This document shows, piece after piece, positions 23,001-34,822 of a stretch of 64,000 nucleotides of DNA (positions are counted from its first letter, which is position 1; every line of letters begins with the position of its first letter). Source of the stretch: Macrostomum hystrix. Lineage: Eukaryota > Animalia > Platyhelminthes. The notes below the pieces were generated by a model. It saw only the letters and a list, made by a program, of their open reading frames with translations, was not told the origin of the DNA and made no database searches. Location: NCBI GenBank assembly GCA_950097015.1, contig CATNEN010000002.1, forward strand, positions 4,960,001 through 5,024,000, read 5' to 3'. Position numbers and translations under genes: made by a program.

Positions 23001-24488
23001 ATTTTATTTATCACGAAACCGATTCAGTAGAAGCGAGTGGAATGCATTGTGAAATCAAAAATATAATATTGAGAGGTAAGTGAGTTGAGGAGAGGAAGGT
23101 GAGATGGAGGAGAGGAAGGTGAGATGGAGGAGAGGAAGGTGAGATGGAGGAGAGGAAGGTGAGATGGAGGAGAGGAAGGTGAGATGAAGGAGAGGAAGGT
23201 GAGATGGAGGAGAGGAAGGTGAGATGGAGGAGAGGAAGGTGAGATGGAGGAGAGGAAGGTGAGATGGAGGAGAGGAAGGTGAGATGGAGGAGAGGAAGGT
23301 GAGATGGAGGAGAGGAAGGTGAGATGGAGGAGAGGAAGTTGAGATGAAGGAGAGGAAGGTGAGATGGAGGAGAGGAAGGTGAGATGGAGGAGAGGAAGGT
23401 GAGATGGAGGAGAGGAAGGTGAGATGGAGGAGAGGAAGGTGAGATGAAGGAGAGGAAGGTGAGATGGAGGAGAGGAAGGTGAGATGGAGGAGAGGAAGTT
23501 GAGATGAAGGAGAGGAAGGTGAGATGGAGGAGAGGAAGGTGAGATGGAGGAGAGGAAGGTGAGATGGAGGAGAGGAAGGTGAGATGGAGGAGAGGAAGGT
23601 GAGATGGAGGAGAGGAAGGTGAGATGAAGGAGAGGAAGTTGAGATGAAGGAGAGGAAGGTGAGATGGAGGAGAGGAAGGTGAGATGGAGGAGAGGAAGGT
23701 GAGATGGAGGAGAGGAAGGTGAGATGGAGGAGAGGAAGGTGAGATGGAGGAGAGGAAGGTGAGATGGAGGAGAGGAAGGTGAGATGAAGGAGAGGAAGTT
23801 GAGATGAAGGAGAGGAAGGTGAGATGGAGGAGAGGAAGGTGAGATGGAGGAGAGGAAGGTGAGATGAAGGAGAGGAAGGTGAGATGGAGGAGAGGAAGGT
23901 GAGATGGAGGAGAGGAAGGTGAGATGGAGGAGAGGAAGGTGAGATGGAGGAGAGGAAGGTGAGATGGAGGAGAGGAAGGTGAGATGGAGGAGAGGAAGGT
24001 GAGATGGAGGAGAGGAAGGTGAGATGGAGGAGAGGAAGGTGAGATGGAGGAGAGGAAGGTGAGATGGAGGAGAGGAAGGTGAGACATACAGGCTTCAGAA
24101 GAAATTTAGAGAATAAATTCATCTCTAAAGTAAAAAAAATTGTTAGACAAAGCCGTATTAACAAAACGGAACAGATCTAGTCTTACAAATGAGAGTTGGC
24201 GTGGAGTTGTCTCTTGCACATCTGCATTCATGGCTCCTTTGCCCATCCCATCGTATTTGCGGATTGAAGATAATTAACTTTTTTACAGCATTAGCTGAAG
24301 CTAGCGCTTGTTGCTTCTAGAAACAGATAAGCAATTTCTTTATTTTAACTGTGAACATTTTTTATTGGCCAGTTCAGACACTGGATGCGGCAGACGTAGG
24401 CAATGATTAGGCAATCTTGTTTTATGACGCAGCTGAAAAATATTCGGCTTCTTGTGTATTTGTCTGCCTACCTGTTGCAGCAAGGTGT
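19415..24488. repeat. Tandem segmental duplication: copy 1 19415-22061 (2647 bp), copy 2 22062-24488 (2427 bp)
   Basis: Both unique spacers (20041-20430 vs 22688-23077; 21661-22061 vs 24088-24488) look identical by eye. Offsets 2647 and 2427 differ by 220 bp, i.e. 11 units of the 20-bp array. Confidence 0.9.
20435..21658. repeat. 20-bp polypurine minisatellite (GAGGAGAGGAAGGTGAGATG); second block at 23082-24085
   Basis: About 61 and 50 copies. Confidence 0.95.
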
Positions 24489-24829
24489 GTTCCCCGAGTG
24501 TCCCGGATGCATTTCATTCTGTTTCCCATTGGTCAGCTCGTAAATTTCTATTTTCCTCCTATTTTCTAGTCCAGCGGATTATTGTGATATAATCCTTTTT
24601 CATGATTCTCATCTGTGTACAACACCCAGGTGCTGCCAGATGTTCCAGCATTCGTCGACTGCCAAAATGAGAAAACTGTAAAGACGCGATTAGATAGCAG
24701 TTTATTATTGGCGATACTGGATATTGTAATGCGACTATTACGATGGAAGTTCGTGTGAAAGAAATAAATTATTGTAGGCGAAAGAAAATCGGGAAAAGAA
24801 TATGTGATCACCGAAAAGAAAGACAGAAT

Positions 24830-25100
24830 CGCAGGTAAATAAGATGGAATCGAAGGAAAGGAAGATGGAATCGAAGGAAAGGAAGATGGAATCGAAGGAA
24901 AGGAAGATGGAATCGAAGTAAAGGAAGATGGAATCGAAGTAAAGGAAGATGGAATCGAAGGAAAGGAAGATGGAATCGAAGGAAAGGAAGATGGAATCGA
25001 AGGAAAGGAAGATGTAATCGCACGAAGGGAAGATGAAATCGCAGGAATTGAAGATAGAATCGCAGGAGAGGAAGATGAGGAATCGCAGGAGAATAAGATG
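24830..25100. repeat. 21-bp purine-rich minisatellite (GAAGGAAAGGAAGATGGAATC)
   Basis: About 9 clean copies decaying at the right edge. Confidence 0.85.
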
Positions 25101-25761
25101 GAATCGAAGGAGATAAAAATGGTTTGTTTATCAACAAGATCATCTGATGATCATGATTGATGATCACTCTGATCATCAATCAGAGTGAAGGAGGCATTTG
25201 TTCAGATAGGAGAGTTCTCGAGCCGATACAGAAATTGTTTCACGCACTTTCAGATGAAAATGAAGAAAAGTAAGTCCAGATTTACCGCGCGTCTTCAGTG
25301 CCACTGCATGGAAATGGGACAAATTAGATTTTTTTCTCCAGTAGAATGAAAATCCCAATAGAAGAGGATCTTGACGGCAGGAAAATCCTTTCCCCACCCA
25401 CTCATCATCAACTCTCGCTGCAAAATAGCAGCCTCTCGCGAATGGAAACGACAAGTCAAGTTTCATTAAGCCTGAGAAGCCAATCGTTCGTGTATTTGGT
25501 GTTCGTGTGCGCGCGCAGTCCTATCGGATGAAATTCTCAGTCGCCAGTTTGCCAGTTTTTTCAACTGACTAATCTTTCCTTTTTTTCTTCCTGGTTTTGC
25601 AAGTCAGCCCAGCAACAATGTGCGCGCCGCCTTTGTTATGTGTGGCCTCGCAAATTGAAACTGAAAGCGACCGGCCAGCTGCTGCTGAAAAAAAGCAGAG
25701 ATTGAAGTGCAACGACACATCGAAACGATTTTGTTTGAATAGAATCTCAAGCTAGATCTCA

Positions 25762-26855
25762 GCCTACTTCTCTCATCCCCTTCGATCTACTTCTCTCCCC
25801 TTAGATCTACTTCTCTCACCTTAGATCTACTTCTCTCCCCTTCGATCTACTTCTCTCCCCTTCGATCTACTTCTCTCCCCTTCGATCTACTTCTCTCCCC
25901 TTCGATCTACTTCTCTCCCCTTCGATCTACTTCTCTCCCCTTCGATCTACTTTTCTCACCCCTTTTATCTACTTCTCTAACCCCTTCGATCTACTTCTCT
26001 CACCCCCTTCAATCTACTTCTCTCACCTCTTCGATCTACTTCTCTCACCTCTTCGGTCTACTTCTCTCACCTCTTCGATCCACTTCTCTCACCCCCTTCG
26101 ATCTACTTCTCTCAACCCTTTGATCTACTTCTCTCACCTTCAATCTACTTCTCTCACCCCCTTCGATCTACTTCTCTCACATTCGATCTACTTCTCTCCC
26201 CTTCGATCTACTTCTCTCACCCTCTTCGATCTACTTCTCTCACCCTCTTCGATCTACTTCTCTCACCTCTTCGATCTACTTCTCTCACCTCTTCGATCTA
26301 CTTCTCTCACCTCTTCGATCTACTTCTCTCAACCCTTCGATCTACTTCTCTCACCTCTTCGATCTACTTCTCTCACACCTTCGATCTACTTCTCTCACCT
26401 TCGATCTACTTCTCTCCCTTTAGATCTACTTCTCTCACCCCTTTTATCTACTTCTCTCACCCCTTCGATCAACTTCTCTCACCCCTTCGATCTACTTGTC
26501 TCACCCCTTTTATCTACTACTCTCACCCCCTTCGATCTACTTCTCTCACCCCCTCGATCTACTTCTCTCACCCCCTCGATCTACTTCTCTCCCCTTAGAT
26601 CTACTTCTCTCACCCCCTCGATCTACTTCTCTCTCCCCTTCGATCTACTTCTCTCACCCCCTCGATCTACTTCTCTCACCCCCTCGATCTACTTCTCTCA
26701 CCCCCCTCGATCTACTTCTCTCACCCCTTCGATCTACTTCTCTCACCCCCTCGATCTACTTCTCTCTCCCCTTCGATCTACTTCTCTCACCTCTTCGGTC
26801 TACTTCTCTCACCCCTTCGATCTACTTTCGGCACCCTATCTACTTCTCTCCCCAT
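25762..26855. repeat. 20-24-bp pyrimidine-rich minisatellite (CTTCGATCTACTTCTCTC[A]CCC)
   Basis: Read directly. Confidence 0.9.
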
Positions 26856-27282
26856 CCTCTCAGTCCACTTTTCCGACATGCTCCATCAGTAAGGACAAGG
26901 AAAAGCTTTCTCTATTATCAAGGCAACTTGGCGGCTCTGCCATAATTGCAGTGTTTTGCTTTCCATTGCTTTCCTCTGCCCCTGTTGCCATGCGGGGGGC
27001 CTCGACTAGCCGCTCTCCTAATATGGCTTTGCCTGGCGAGAGGATACCGAGATTGCAAACCAGGACTGCAGGGTCCATTGCAGAATCGCTCAACACTTAC
27101 CAGTCTGGGATATGTTAGAGTGGGAAAGGCTATGCCTGTAACAATCACAATATTGGAATAACTAATAAATAGTATTGCCACCTGAATGTACTATAGCGGG
27201 TCAACACAGAGACATTGTCAATTTAGCAGCTAGATTGCGCTTTCAAAATGTTGGAGAAATGTAATTGGAGCCGTAATCCACT

Positions 27283-28246
27283 TCTATTTCTCCCACCTCC
27301 CACTCTCAGTCTACTTCTCATACCTCCCACTCTCAGTCTACTTCTCATACCTCCCTCTCTCAGTCTACTTCTCATACCTCCCACTCTCAGTCTACTTCTC
27401 ATACCTCCCACTCTCAGTCTACTTCTCATACCTCCCTCAGTCTACTTCTCATACCTCCCTCCCTCAGTCTACTTCTCATACCTCCCACTCTCAGTCTACT
27501 TCTCATACCTCCCTCTCTGTCTACTTCTCATACCTCCCTCCCTCAGTCTGCTTCTCATACCTCCTTCTCTCAGTCTACTTCTCATACCTCACTCTCTCAG
27601 TCTACTTCTCAAACCTCCCTCCCTCAGTCTACTTCTCATACCTCCCTCAGTCTACTTCTCATACCTCCCACTCTCAGTCTACTTCTCATACCTCCCTCAG
27701 TCTACTTCTCATACCTCCCTCAGTCTACTTCTCATACCTCCCACTCTCAGTCTACTTCTCATACCTCCCACTCTCAGTCTACTTCTCATACCTCCCACTC
27801 TCAGTCTACTTCTCATACCTCCCTCAGTCTACTTCTCATACCTCCCTCCCTCAGTCTACTTCTCATACCTCCCACTCTCAGTCTACTTCTCATACCTCAC
27901 TCTCTCAGTCTACTTCTCAAACCTCCCTCCCTCAGTCTACTTCTCATACCTCCCTCCCTCAGTCTACTTCTCATACCTCCCTCAGTCTACTTCTCATACC
28001 TCCCTCAGTCTACTTCTCATACCTCCCTCAGTCTACTTCTCATACCTCCCTCAGTCTACTTCTCATACCTCCCTCAGTCTACTTCTCATACCTCCCTCAG
28101 TCTACTTCTCATACCTCCCACTCTCAGTCTACTTCTCATACCTCCCTCCCTCAGTCTACTTCTCATACCTCCCTCCCTCAGTCTACTTCTCATACCTCCC
28201 TCCCTCAGTCTACTTCTCATACCTCACTCTCTCAGTCTACTTCCTC
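27283..28246. repeat. 24-28-bp minisatellite (CTCAGTCTACTTCTCATACCTCCC[ACT])
   Basis: Read directly. Confidence 0.9.
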
Positions 28247-28954
28247 TAATCGCTTCTCCAAGTCTAATTTTCCAATTTTCTCTCTCATTTTCCCGAAAAG
28301 ACCCAAAGTGTTTTATTGAAGTTAGGAAAATTCGCAAAAGCCTCCCATAGGCAAGGAATGAATTGCACTTTTAATGTTTGTCCCGGTAAACGCTTGCAGT
28401 CGGCATGCCATTAGCAGTTTGAAATCGCTGTTCGAGTCTGTCAGAATATGGGCTTCGAGTTAAGGGTTCCAAATCCCAAATGGCTCGATTGTATAACGGC
28501 TGTCAAGAACTGCGGCTTCCTCAACGAAAGAACAAAATGTGGGGACAATGGGCGAATGGCCAGATGCAGTTTTCTGGTGGACAGGCTTCTACAGCAGTTA
28601 CCAGACTGACAGCTGGAGCCGTGGCTGATCCGTTCCAAATATGCACTACTAATTTAGGACAGACCTGAATTTGGTCTCGATTTCGTCAGCTTGTTAAGGG
28701 GACCGCCTTATCAGATAAGACTGTTGGTTCCCGGGATGCAAAAGAACTGCTCCGTTTGTAGGGCCTGTGGATCTTCTTCTTTTAGTATTCTAGAAGAAGC
28801 TTTTCCTTTCTGTTCAGTTTTGCAACTGCCGGTAACAATCACTGCTTCACCCCTAACACTGAATACACTCTTATATATCATAGTGGAAGCTTTTCACTCT
28901 AGCACACCTTATCTTGTTCGAATCTTCTAATCCACTAGTGAACTTTGGCTTTAG

Positions 28955-29790
28955 TGTCTACTTCTCTCACCTCCTCCCTAGATTCTCCCAGTCTACTTCC
29001 CTCACCTCCTCCCTCAATTCTCCCAGTCTACTTCTCTCACCTCCTCCCTAGATTCTCAGTCTACTTCTCTTACCTCCTCCCTAGATTCTCACAGTCTACT
29101 TCTCTCACCTCCTCCCTAGATTCTCAGTCTACTTCTCTCACCTCCTCCCTAGATTCTCACAGTCTACTTCCCTCACCTCCTCCCTCAATTCTCACAGTCT
29201 ACTTCTCTCACCTCCTCCCTAGATTCTCACAGTCTACTTCCCTCACCTCCTCCCTCAATTCTCACAGTCTACTTCTCCAACCTCCTCTCTCAATTCTCAC
29301 AGTCTACTTCCCTCACCTCCTCTCTCAATTCTCACAGTCTACTTCTCCAACCTCCTCTCTCAATTCTCACAGTCTACTTCTCCAACCTCCTCTCTCAATT
29401 CTCACAGTCTACTTCTCCAACCTCCTCTCTCAATTCTCACAGTCTACTTCTCCAACCTCCTCTCTCAATTCTCACAGTCTACTTCTCTCGCCTCCTCCCT
29501 CAATTCTCACAGTCTACTTCTCTCACCTCCTCTCTCAATTCTCACAGTCTACTTCTCCAACCTCCTCTCTCAATTCTCACAGTCTACTTCTCCAACCTCC
29601 TCTCTCAATTCTCACAGTCTACTTCTCCAACCTCCTCTCTCAATTCTCACAGTCTACTTCTCTCGCCTCCTCCCTCAATTCTCACAGTCTACTTCTCTCA
29701 CCTCCTCCCTAGATTCTCACAGTCTACTTCTCTCACCTTCTCTCTCAATTCTCACAGTCTACTTCTCTCACCTCCTCCCTCACTTCTCAC
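28955..29790. repeat. 35-bp minisatellite (CTCACAGTCTACTTCTCCAACCTCCTCTCTCAATT)
   Basis: Read directly. Confidence 0.9.
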
Positions 29791-30204
29791 AGTCTTCTTT
29801 CTCCGGCCTTCCCATTTTTTAAAGTCCATTAGACTTGGATTTTTTCCCTAAGATTTTGAATAAGTACAAACTTTCGCTTATTTTCTGTCCTAGTTAAAAG
29901 CTTTGCTGAAACTATCTGCACTTGAAAAAATGTTTTTCTTGTTATTCAATCTCTGCTATCTCATGCTGTGGGAATTTCTACTTGCTATATAAGGAAATAC
30001 GAGAATTTATATAGTGAATAAATTACAGAAAAAAATATGAAAAAAGTTCAAATGCTGAAAACAAGTTGCAATGACTAACAGGGTGTGAATTTTGCCACAA
30101 CTTTCGGGACACGTGACAGACGAGCTTTGCACAGAAGGGGCAGGATGAAGTTGTGACTTATTTCACAGAACTTTATCATTTCCATTGTAAGTCTCCCCAA
30201 CATA

Positions 30205-30945
30205 TCCCTCTGCCCAAGCTACCCCTCTCCCCAATCTACCCCTCTCCCCAATCTACCCCTCTGCCCAATCTACCCCTCTCCCCAATCTACCCCTCTGCCC
30301 AATCTACCCCTCTCCCCAATCTACCCCTCTCCCCAATCTACCCCTCTCCCCAATCTACCCCTCTCCCCAATCTACCCCTCTACCCAATCTACCCCTCTCC
30401 CCAATCTACCCCTCTCCCCAATCTACCCCTCGCCCCAATCTACCCCTCTGCCCAATCTACCCCTCTCCCAAATCTACCCCTCTCCCCAATCTACCCCTCT
30501 CCCCAATCTACCCCTCTCCCCAATCTACCCCTCTGCCCAATCTACGCCTCTGCCCAATCTACCCTCTGCCCAAACTACCCCTCTGCCCAATCTACCCCTC
30601 TACCCAATCTACCCCTCTACCCAATCTACCCTCTGCCCAAACTACCCCTCTGCCCAATCTACCACTCTACCCAATCTACCCCTCTCCACAATCTACCCCT
30701 CTGCCCAAATCTACCCCTCTCCACAATCTACCCCTCTGTCCAATCTACCCCTCTCCCCAATCTACCCCCTCCCAAATCTACCCCTCTACACAATCTACCC
30801 CCTCCCAAATCTACCCCTCTACACAATCTACCCCCTCCCAAATCTACCCCTCTACACAATCTACCCTCTACCCAAACTACCCCTCTGCCCAATCTACCCC
30901 TCTCCACAATCTACCCCTCTCCCCAATCTACCCCTCTCCCCCGTC
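30205..30945. repeat. 17-bp C-rich minisatellite (CCCAATCTACCCCTCT[CG])
   Basis: Read directly. Confidence 0.9.
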
Positions 30946-31699
30946 TATTTCTCTATCTAGCCTTTTCTTCAATTTACTTCTCTCCCAATTCATCCCACTT
31001 TCTAATAAACCTCTTCTCCTCTTCAAACCTGGTCAAAATCAGTTTGACAGTTTGAAAATCAGTCAAAAACATCCGATGTGTATTGAAAACTATATTTATT
31101 TTAAATAGTTCGGAGGTTGTGTCCGCAAATATTTATCAGTGCAGCTGTTGTATTGCTATAACTAAGGCCCGGTCTGTTCAAAAAAGTCTTCAGTGAATTA
31201 CTGCCAATGATGGCCCGTGGTGCAATGGATTTCAAAAGCCTTGCATTTCTTATTTCTTTGCTTTTTTGAAGAATGACTTTCATTCGGTTCGACCGGTTCG
31301 AAGGCAAGGCCGGTTTGCCAGACATCCCACACTCATCCATCATTCATCCTCGGTGCGCGATCTGCACCACCTTAGCCTGGAACTTTCCAGATCTTAGGCT
31401 CGCTAATGCGAAGAGGGCATTGCAAAGTTGCTGTCGGCTCCCTTTCCTCAATTATGTTTCCGCCGCCGCTGCCGCCGCCGCCGCTGGCTGTCTAGTCGCG
31501 GGCGTCACTGCGGCACTGCCTGCTAACTTAGCTGTGTTTCTTTCGCTGGCGTCTGATTAGCAATCTGGAACTGGTTGTGGCGGCCCTGTTGCACTAATTA
31601 ATAAATACACCTGGGGTTGGTGTCCCGCTCTGCTTTTGCTACTCTTTAGGCTAGATTTCTTCTGGTAGATCAGGTAAGACTTGCTGGGTCAAAAGAAAG

Positions 31700-32430
31700 A
31701 TTAGGTGGGTCAGGAAGAATTATGTTTGGTTGGTCAGGAGAAGATACGGTTAGTCAGGAAGATATTTGGTTGGGCAGGAAAGGATTTGGTGGGTCAAGGG
31801 AAGATTTGGTGTGTCAGGGAAAGATTTGGTTGGTCAGGGAAAGATTTGGTTGGTCAGGGAAAGATTTTGTGGGTCAAGGGAAAATTTGGCGGGTCAGGAA
31901 AGGATTTGGTGGGTCAAGGGAAGATTTGGTGGGTCAGGGAAAGATTTGGTTGGTCAGGGAAATATTTGTGGGTCAAGGGAAAATTTGGTGGGTCAGGAAA
32001 GGATTTGGTGGGTCAAGGGAACATTTGGTTGGTCAGAAAAGGATTTGGTTGGGCAGGAAAGGATTTGGTGGGTCAGGGAAAGATTTGGTGGGTCAGGAAA
32101 GGATTTGGTGGGTCAGGAAAGGATTTGGTGGGTCAAGGGGAAGATTTGGTGGGTTAGGGAAAGATTTGGTGGGTCAGGAAAGGATTTGGTGGGTCAAGGG
32201 AAGATTTGGTGGGTCAGGGAAAGATTTGGTTGGTCAGGGAAAGATTTGGTGGGTCAGGAAAGGATTTAGTGGGTCAAGGGAAGATTTGGTGGGTCAGGGA
32301 AAAATTTGGTGGGTCAGGGAAAGATTTGGTGGGTCAGGGAAATATTTGGTGGGTCAGAGAAAGATTTGGTGGGTCAGGGAAAGATTTGGTGCGTCAGGAA
32401 AAGATTTGGTGAGTCAGGGAAAGATTTGGT
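31700..32430. repeat. 20-21-bp G-rich minisatellite (GATTTGGTGGGTCAGG[AG]AA[A]G)
   Basis: Read directly. Confidence 0.9.
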
Positions 32431-33261
32431 GGGTCAATAAAAGTTTGGAAGTTCAAGGTAATTTAGTGGATCGGGAAGGATTTGGTGGGTCAGAAAAGAA
32501 TTTTTAGTGTGTTAGTAAACATTTCTGAATGTTTACAACTCCAGGATTACGCACTCAGATTTTAAAAGCCTGAAATAAACTCTTCAAGAAAACAGCATTC
32601 TATATTTTAGTTTACAAATTGACTGAGTTTTTTAATAGTGCTGAAAATGCGTACTGCAGCCGTAATAAAATTCCTGCCCGCACAATGACCATATTGATGG
32701 TGATCGGTGCTAAAACGTTGCGTTTCAGTTTTTTTATTAGGGCCGAAAATTTTCAACGTAAAATCATTCAGAGGAATCCCTGACGAACACCAGATAAACA
32801 CCTTGGCTTGAAACACCTTCTGTTTCCGAGTCAGCGTTGCTGATTTCTTGCTTTTGAGCGAAAGGAACGAGTCGAGAGAGAACAGACTTGGAAAGTACCT
32901 TCAGGATCGGGATAAAGCGAACCAGAAGAGAGTTTCAATCGCAGCCTGGAGAGGCTAAAGTCGAAAAGGAATTTCATTTTTTCCTAGCATTCTCTGTGCT
33001 GCTGGCAGTCGATTTTGATTTATTGGCGCGATGAACAGAGGGGGGGAGAAGATTAACGAAAGGTTGGTGGGGCCTTGGGCGTCAGCTGCTGGCGCTGAGG
33101 ACAACGGAGCCTTTACGACCCCAGACCACCAAAGGCAGCCCCTTTTTTCCTGCCACCGGGCGATGCAAAGCCGGAGCTTAAAAACTGTCCGCAGACAGAA
33201 TTAAAAACCTTATCGCTACTGACAAATGCCAACCTTTATGTTAACTATAGGATGCTATTGT

Positions 33262-33390
33262 GGGCAGACTTGTGGCCCAGTAGTTAGAGCTTTGGACTCA
33301 CGACTTAAAGGTCGGAGGTTCGATTCCTGACTGAACTGGAGCAATTTGTGTCCTTTAACAAGACAAATGTGTACCAGCATCAGCCGGGAT
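33262..33390 (+). mobile_element. SINE family B, internally deleted copy
   Basis: GGACTCACGACTTAAAGGTCGGAGGTTCGATTCC head and GTGTCCTTTAACAAGACA, then a jump to GTACCAGCATCAGCCGGGA. Confidence 0.75.
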
Positions 33391-34164
33391 TCATGAGTTA
33401 AGTTGGGTTAAGGTTTCAAGTATAATTTCCGCATCTATAGGAAAAAAGATAATTTAATGATAGTTAATGATGACTACCTGTAGACAGTAGCAAGTATTCA
33501 ATATTGAGTCCATTAATTATTGTTATAAACTCATTTAGAATTCATTGAGCACAGTACTCATTGAGGTCACTTTTCGGATTTATTTTTTACCGTTAAAAAT
33601 ATTGAAGAAATTCAAATGAAATTTACATATTGCCAATAAATTAGTTTGTCTGAGACCATTACTAGTATCATTTTCAGATGGAAGGGTCATTTCAAATGAG
33701 CGGTGTCATACAATGAGCAGAATAAGAGTCACTTGGTTTCAAAGCTTTGAACAAAAGTTAGACTGCAGGTGAATGACACTAGTAAATTCGAATTTCAGAA
33801 GTTAAAAGAAAAAAATAAAAACTATTAACAATGATGCATTTCATGGTTTCAAGTTCAAACACAGTTTTTTTCAGTGGTGGTGCTTTGAGCTTGATAGTGT
33901 GTTCAGCTTATGAAATATAATTTCAAGTGATGTTTGGTCAAAGAGCTGTCATAACAGAGCTCTCACAGCTGATTGACATGTCCAAAGTGTAAAGCAAAAT
34001 TGAAATAAAATATGCAACTTGTGAGGTGCAATTAATTACCTGTGAAGTGAGCAGTGATGCAACAGTTGCAAAGCTAGCTTGAATTGTAAATTTAAACTAG
34101 TTAGTTTCAGGAAGATCATTGAATACTTTTTTATAATTGATTAAACGTTAGTGAGATTCGAATT

Positions 34165-34605
34165 CAGGAAGATTCCAATCTGGGAAAATTTCAATCTGGG
34201 AAGATTCCACTCTGGGAAGATTACAATGTGGGAAGATTTCAATCTGGGAAGATTACACTTTCGGAAGATTCCAGTCTGGGAAGATTCCAATTTGGGAAGA
34301 TTCCAATTTGGGAAGATTCAAATCTGAGAAGATGCCAATGTGGGAAGATTTCAATCTGGGAAAATTCCAATTGGGGAAGATTCCAATCTGAGAAGATTCT
34401 AGTCTGGGAAGATTCCACTTTGAGAAAATACCATTCTCAGAAGATTCCAATCTGGGAAGATTCCCAGTCTCGGAAGACTACAATCTGGGAAGATTCCAAT
34501 CTAGGAAGATTCCAATTTAGGAAGATTCTACTCTGAGAAGATTCCAGTCTGAGAAGATTCCAATCTGAGAGGATTCCAATCTGAGAGGATTCCAATCTGG
34601 GAAGC
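34165..34605. repeat. 16-bp minisatellite (GAAGATTCCAATCTGG) in the 3' flank of the Ig gene
   Basis: About 27 moderately diverged copies. Confidence 0.9.
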
Positions 34606-34822
34606 TTATTAGTTTTAGGGATATGAGATGGTTGCAAAATAATGTTCTCAGAGAAAGTTTTTTTTACAATTAACCTAAAATAGCTCCCTAGAAGGAAGAC
34701 TTGAAAAAACTCTCTGATATGTTTAGAAAAGCCCTGGTAGTTTCTCCATTCGCAAAACGGAAATCAAGGCACGTTTGACTGACCATGCAGTCAAGGTACA
34801 AATCGGTTCTTCAGGCCTCTCT

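Noticed and set aside
19055-24488. Repeat blocks alternating with unique DNA as a CRISPR-like array
   Set aside because: Units are contiguous without unique spacers between them, the host is eukaryotic and there are no cas genes. Explained by minisatellites plus a tandem duplication.
18540-27160. Minus-strand multi-exon gene threaded through the spacers (e.g. GRMKSVMSAHGDNTQLIPIDP..., YDGMGKGAMNADVQE...)
   Set aside because: Short open stretches with plausible GT/AG exist on both strands, but I could not chain them consistently or recognise any family.
19217-32507. Dozens of 150-450-aa ORFs (VITPTG, SHLPLLH, STSLT, PNLPL, GQGKIW types)
   Set aside because: Each is open in several frames and maps exactly onto a minisatellite.
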